Shown: in pieces, positions 61,560 to 64,000 of the stretch | Numbering within the stretch: position 1 is the first letter of the stretch | How the letters are laid out: each line of letters starts with the position of its first letter | Source: Myxococcales bacterium | GTDB taxonomy: Bacteria; Myxococcota_A; Polyangia; Polyangiales; Polyangiaceae | NCBI GenBank assembly: GCA_040348565.1 | Contig: JBEQSW010000431.1 | Span: 4,656 to 68,655, forward strand | Reading direction: 5' to 3' | Length of the DNA stretch: 64,000 bases | The notes under the pieces: generated by a model | Seen by the model: the letters and a program-made list of their open reading frames with translations, nothing else | Database searches by the model: none | Told to the model about the DNA's origin: nothing | Program-made: the position numbers and the translations under genes

Positions 61560-61734
61560 GACGCTAGCGCTCCCCAAAGCAGCCTCCAATCGTGGCCCAT
61601 ACCATCAGCCTGCATGAGCGCCAAGGCGCCGAAGGCGTCGCGCGTGCTGTGTCACTCCGCGCCAGTCACGACGCCTGGTTCGGCCGCCAATTCTAACCAC
61701 GCTGTTTCGAACCCCGCTGTGTTAGGGATTTCCC

Positions 61735-62940
61735 ATGGTTATCAGGCGAGGCATTGCGGCGACGTTGCCGTTCGTATTCGCGTGCGCGCTCGCCTGCGCA
61801 CCAAAAAAAACGCCGCTCGACGTCACCAAGTGTCCGCCCACGGTCCCGTCTGCAGAGGCATCGGCCACAGCCGGAAAGAGGCTCGCGCCAACCCCGGAAG
61901 CGCCCGCCAGCTCCTTTGGCGCGCCAGAGGCCGCTTTGTCGGCTCAGGCGGCGCCACCCCCGCTCTTGCCGCAATCGCCTGATCCCGACCCGCCGCAGCT
62001 CGGAAAAATCGGTGATCTACCGCTCGAAAGCGGGGAAGTACTCAAGGATTGTCAGGTCGAATACCGCGTGCTGGGCGCGGCCAACGCGGACAAATCCAAC
62101 GTGGTGGTGTGGGCGACCTGGTTCAGCGGCATCACGAAAGATCTCGTACAACTCGTCGGGCCGGGCCGGCTCGTGGACAGCACGCGTTACCAGGTGGTGC
62201 TGGTGGGGGCGCTGGCGAACGGTGTTTCGTCTTCTCCGTCGAACAGTCTCGCGCAGCCGCGAGCTCGTTTTCCCACGATCGGCGTGCGCGACATGGTCGA
62301 AAGCCAACATCGCTTGCTGACGACGGTGCTTGGCCTGAACCGCGTGCACGCCGTGATGGGTATCTCGATGGGTGGGATGCAAACCTTCCAGTGGGGCGTC
62401 GCGTATCCGAGCTTCATGGACCGCCTCATCCCGATCGTTGGCTCACCTCGGCTGGCGCCGTACGACTTGCTCCTGTGGCAGGCCAACGTGGACGCCATCG
62501 AGCAAAGTCCCGAATTTGCCGGCGGCAACTACCGCACGCAGCCCATTCTGAGCGTGGTTCAGCAGCTAGGCGATCTACATCTCACGACCGCCGGCAACTA
62601 CAATCGGGAGGTGACTCGCGAGCAAGTGTTGACCGGACACGACAAGCTTTCGCCGCCGCGCTTCGACGCCAACGACCGGCTGCGCCAACTGCGCGCGATG
62701 ATTGGCCACGACGTCACTCGAGCCTTCGGCGGCTCGCTGGACGCGGCCGTCGCGGCGGTGAAGGCCAAGCTGCTGGTGGTAGTGAACGAGCGCGACGCCA
62801 TGGTAACGCCCGGACCGGCGCTGGATTTCGCCCGGCGTGCCCACGCCACCACGCTCACTCTCAAGGGTGACTGTGGCCACCGCTCCACCGGCTGCGAAGA
62901 GAAAGAAATCTCCGCCCGCATCGCTCGGTTTTTGCAGTAA
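61735..62940 (+). CDS. Homoserine O-acetyltransferase (MetX)-fold hydrolase with lipoprotein signal
   Basis: 'LESGEVL', 'NADKSN', 'SSSPSN', 'GISMGGMQ', 'CGH'; N-terminal lipobox 'ALAC' and Pro-rich linker. Confidence 0.8.
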   Translation: MVIRRGIAATLPFVFACALACAPKKTPLDVTKCPPTVPSAEASATAGKRLAPTPEAPASSFGAPEAALSAQAAPPPLLPQSPDPDPPQLGKIGDLPLESGEVLKDCQVEYRVLGAANADKSNVVVWATWFSGITKDLVQLVGPGRLVDSTRYQVVLVGALANGVSSSPSNSLAQPRARFPTIGVRDMVESQHRLLTTVLGLNRVHAVMGISMGGMQTFQWGVAYPSFMDRLIPIVGSPRLAPYDLLLWQANVDAIEQSPEFAGGNYRTQPILSVVQQLGDLHLTTAGNYNREVTREQVLTGHDKLSPPRFDANDRLRQLRAMIGHDVTRAFGGSLDAAVAAVKAKLLVVVNERDAMVTPGPALDFARRAHATTLTLKGDCGHRSTGCEEKEISARIARFLQ

Positions 62941-62984
62941 GCGCCGTTCTTGCTGGCCAGATCACCCACGCAGCAGTAAGACCG

Positions 62985-63848
62985 TTACGGCGCCCGCTTG
63001 CAGCGCGGGCTGTCGACGACGACGGTGACGCCGCGGTTGCTGGGCACGAGGCGGTTCCATAGCTGGGTGATTTCGCGGTAGCCGGTGAAGATGTCGACGT
63101 GGGCGCCTTTGACGGCGAGGCCGCGATCTTCGGCGAGAAAGCAGCCGTCGTGCTTGGTGGTGCCGGAGACGTCGCGCGCGACGCCGTCGTATTCGGGAAT
63201 GTAGAGGGCGGTGCCCAGCGGGATGAGGCTGGAGTCGACGGCGACGGTGACGAGCGGGGTGATGCCGCGACCAGTGGCGCCGCGGCCCCACGGAAACTGC
63301 TGCTTGTCGAGTAAATCGAAGCAGATGTGCTGGCCCGTGCGTGGACACTCGGCGGCGCAGCTGCAGTCACGCTTGGCGAAGCTCACGGTGCCGCCGGCTT
63401 TCAAGGTGCCGCTGCCCTGCACGCACACGCTTTCGTAAAAGCTGCGGGGCACGCTGGCGATGGGCTTGCACGAGCCGTTCATCAAGCTCAGCGTCTCGCC
63501 TTCGAAGTCGCCCTCGTTCGGGAAGTCGTAATAGGTGTTCTTGAAGGTGCCCAGCACCTTGCCGGCGAGCTGCTGGGGGCTGGGGGCGGTGGCTTGCGCA
63601 AAACCGCCCGCGCTACCTCCCGGCGTGCTGGCCATGCTGCTGATGCTGTCGGGGGGCGGCTCGTCGGCAATGACTTGGGTGCGGCGGCCGCGCGGCGAGG
63701 ACGGCGGCGCATCGCCTTCGCCTTCGGGCGGGGGAGGGTTTGCGAGGTCGCCGCCGAGCGGCTGGGCCATCCAGGCCGAGCCCGCGGTGTTGCAGCCCGC
63801 GACCAGCAGCAGCCAAACCATCGCGAAGGTGAGCGGGGCGCGGCTCAT
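62985..63848 (-). CDS. 3D (MltA-like) domain lipoprotein
   Basis: Lipobox 'VAGC'; 'VAVDSSLIPLGT', 'AEDRG.AVKG.HVDIF'. Confidence 0.88.
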   Translation of the reverse strand: MSRAPLTFAMVWLLLVAGCNTAGSAWMAQPLGGDLANPPPPEGEGDAPPSSPRGRRTQVIADEPPPDSISSMASTPGGSAGGFAQATAPSPQQLAGKVLGTFKNTYYDFPNEGDFEGETLSLMNGSCKPIASVPRSFYESVCVQGSGTLKAGGTVSFAKRDCSCAAECPRTGQHICFDLLDKQQFPWGRGATGRGITPLVTVAVDSSLIPLGTALYIPEYDGVARDVSGTTKHDGCFLAEDRGLAVKGAHVDIFTGYREITQLWNRLVPSNRGVTVVVDSPRCKRAP

Positions 63849-64000
63849 GGTTCCTTGCGGCGCGCGGAGGAAGCCCCGGGCGCGTGCTCGGCGCGTAGAC
63901 GGGCCAGCTCCGGATCGCATTCGCGGCCGGTGTCGGCCGTCACGAGCGGCCGCAAGCTCTCGGTGTGGGCCAGCCAGTGCTGCTTCACGTGCTCCGGCAC
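63845..64000 (-). CDS. 3' end of an unidentified gene (partial)
   Basis: Open frame VPEHVKQHWLAHTESLRP...RRKEP* ending in an ATGA overlap with the 3D gene start. Confidence 0.5.
   Translation of the reverse strand: MPEHVKQHWLAHTESLRPLVTADTGRECDPELARLRAEHAPGASSARRKEP

Overview
GC-rich (roughly 65-70% by eye) bacterial DNA. The gene content points to a myxobacterium of the Polyangiaceae/Sorangiineae type (inference from Hanks kinases, an FHA-sigma54 activator, PEGA proteins and many Gly/Cys-rich lipoproteins). Layout: (1) 1-13.4 kb, an FAD oxidase and a sigma54-activator/Ser-Thr kinase/PEGA signalling module flanked by lipoprotein genes with sigma54 promoters; (2) 13.4-29.2 kb, an accessory island of unrelated single genes separated by copies of a modular non-coding repeat; (3) 29.2-44.1 kb, a SauUSI-like type IV restriction enzyme with a NUDIX partner, kinases and hydrolases, a PIN toxin-antitoxin pair, a ferritin-like gene, a secreted tyrosinase and a structured intergenic region; (4) 44.2-61.6 kb, an ABC-transporter-dependent (kps) capsule locus; (5) a MetX-fold lipoprotein and a 3D-domain gene. 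The best candidate for an undescribed system is the repeat family. It has a conserved ~55-bp head that starts right after stop codons, GTGNNC hexamers, arrays of perfect GC hairpins whose loops read GAA/GCA/GGA on the minus strand, and a branched hairpin. Its longest copy (26002-27125) carries an Avd/IVP-like four-helix-bundle gene. No recombinase, RAYT or reverse transcriptase is visible in the window, so mobility is a hypothesis. All calls come from reading motifs by eye; no database searches were run.
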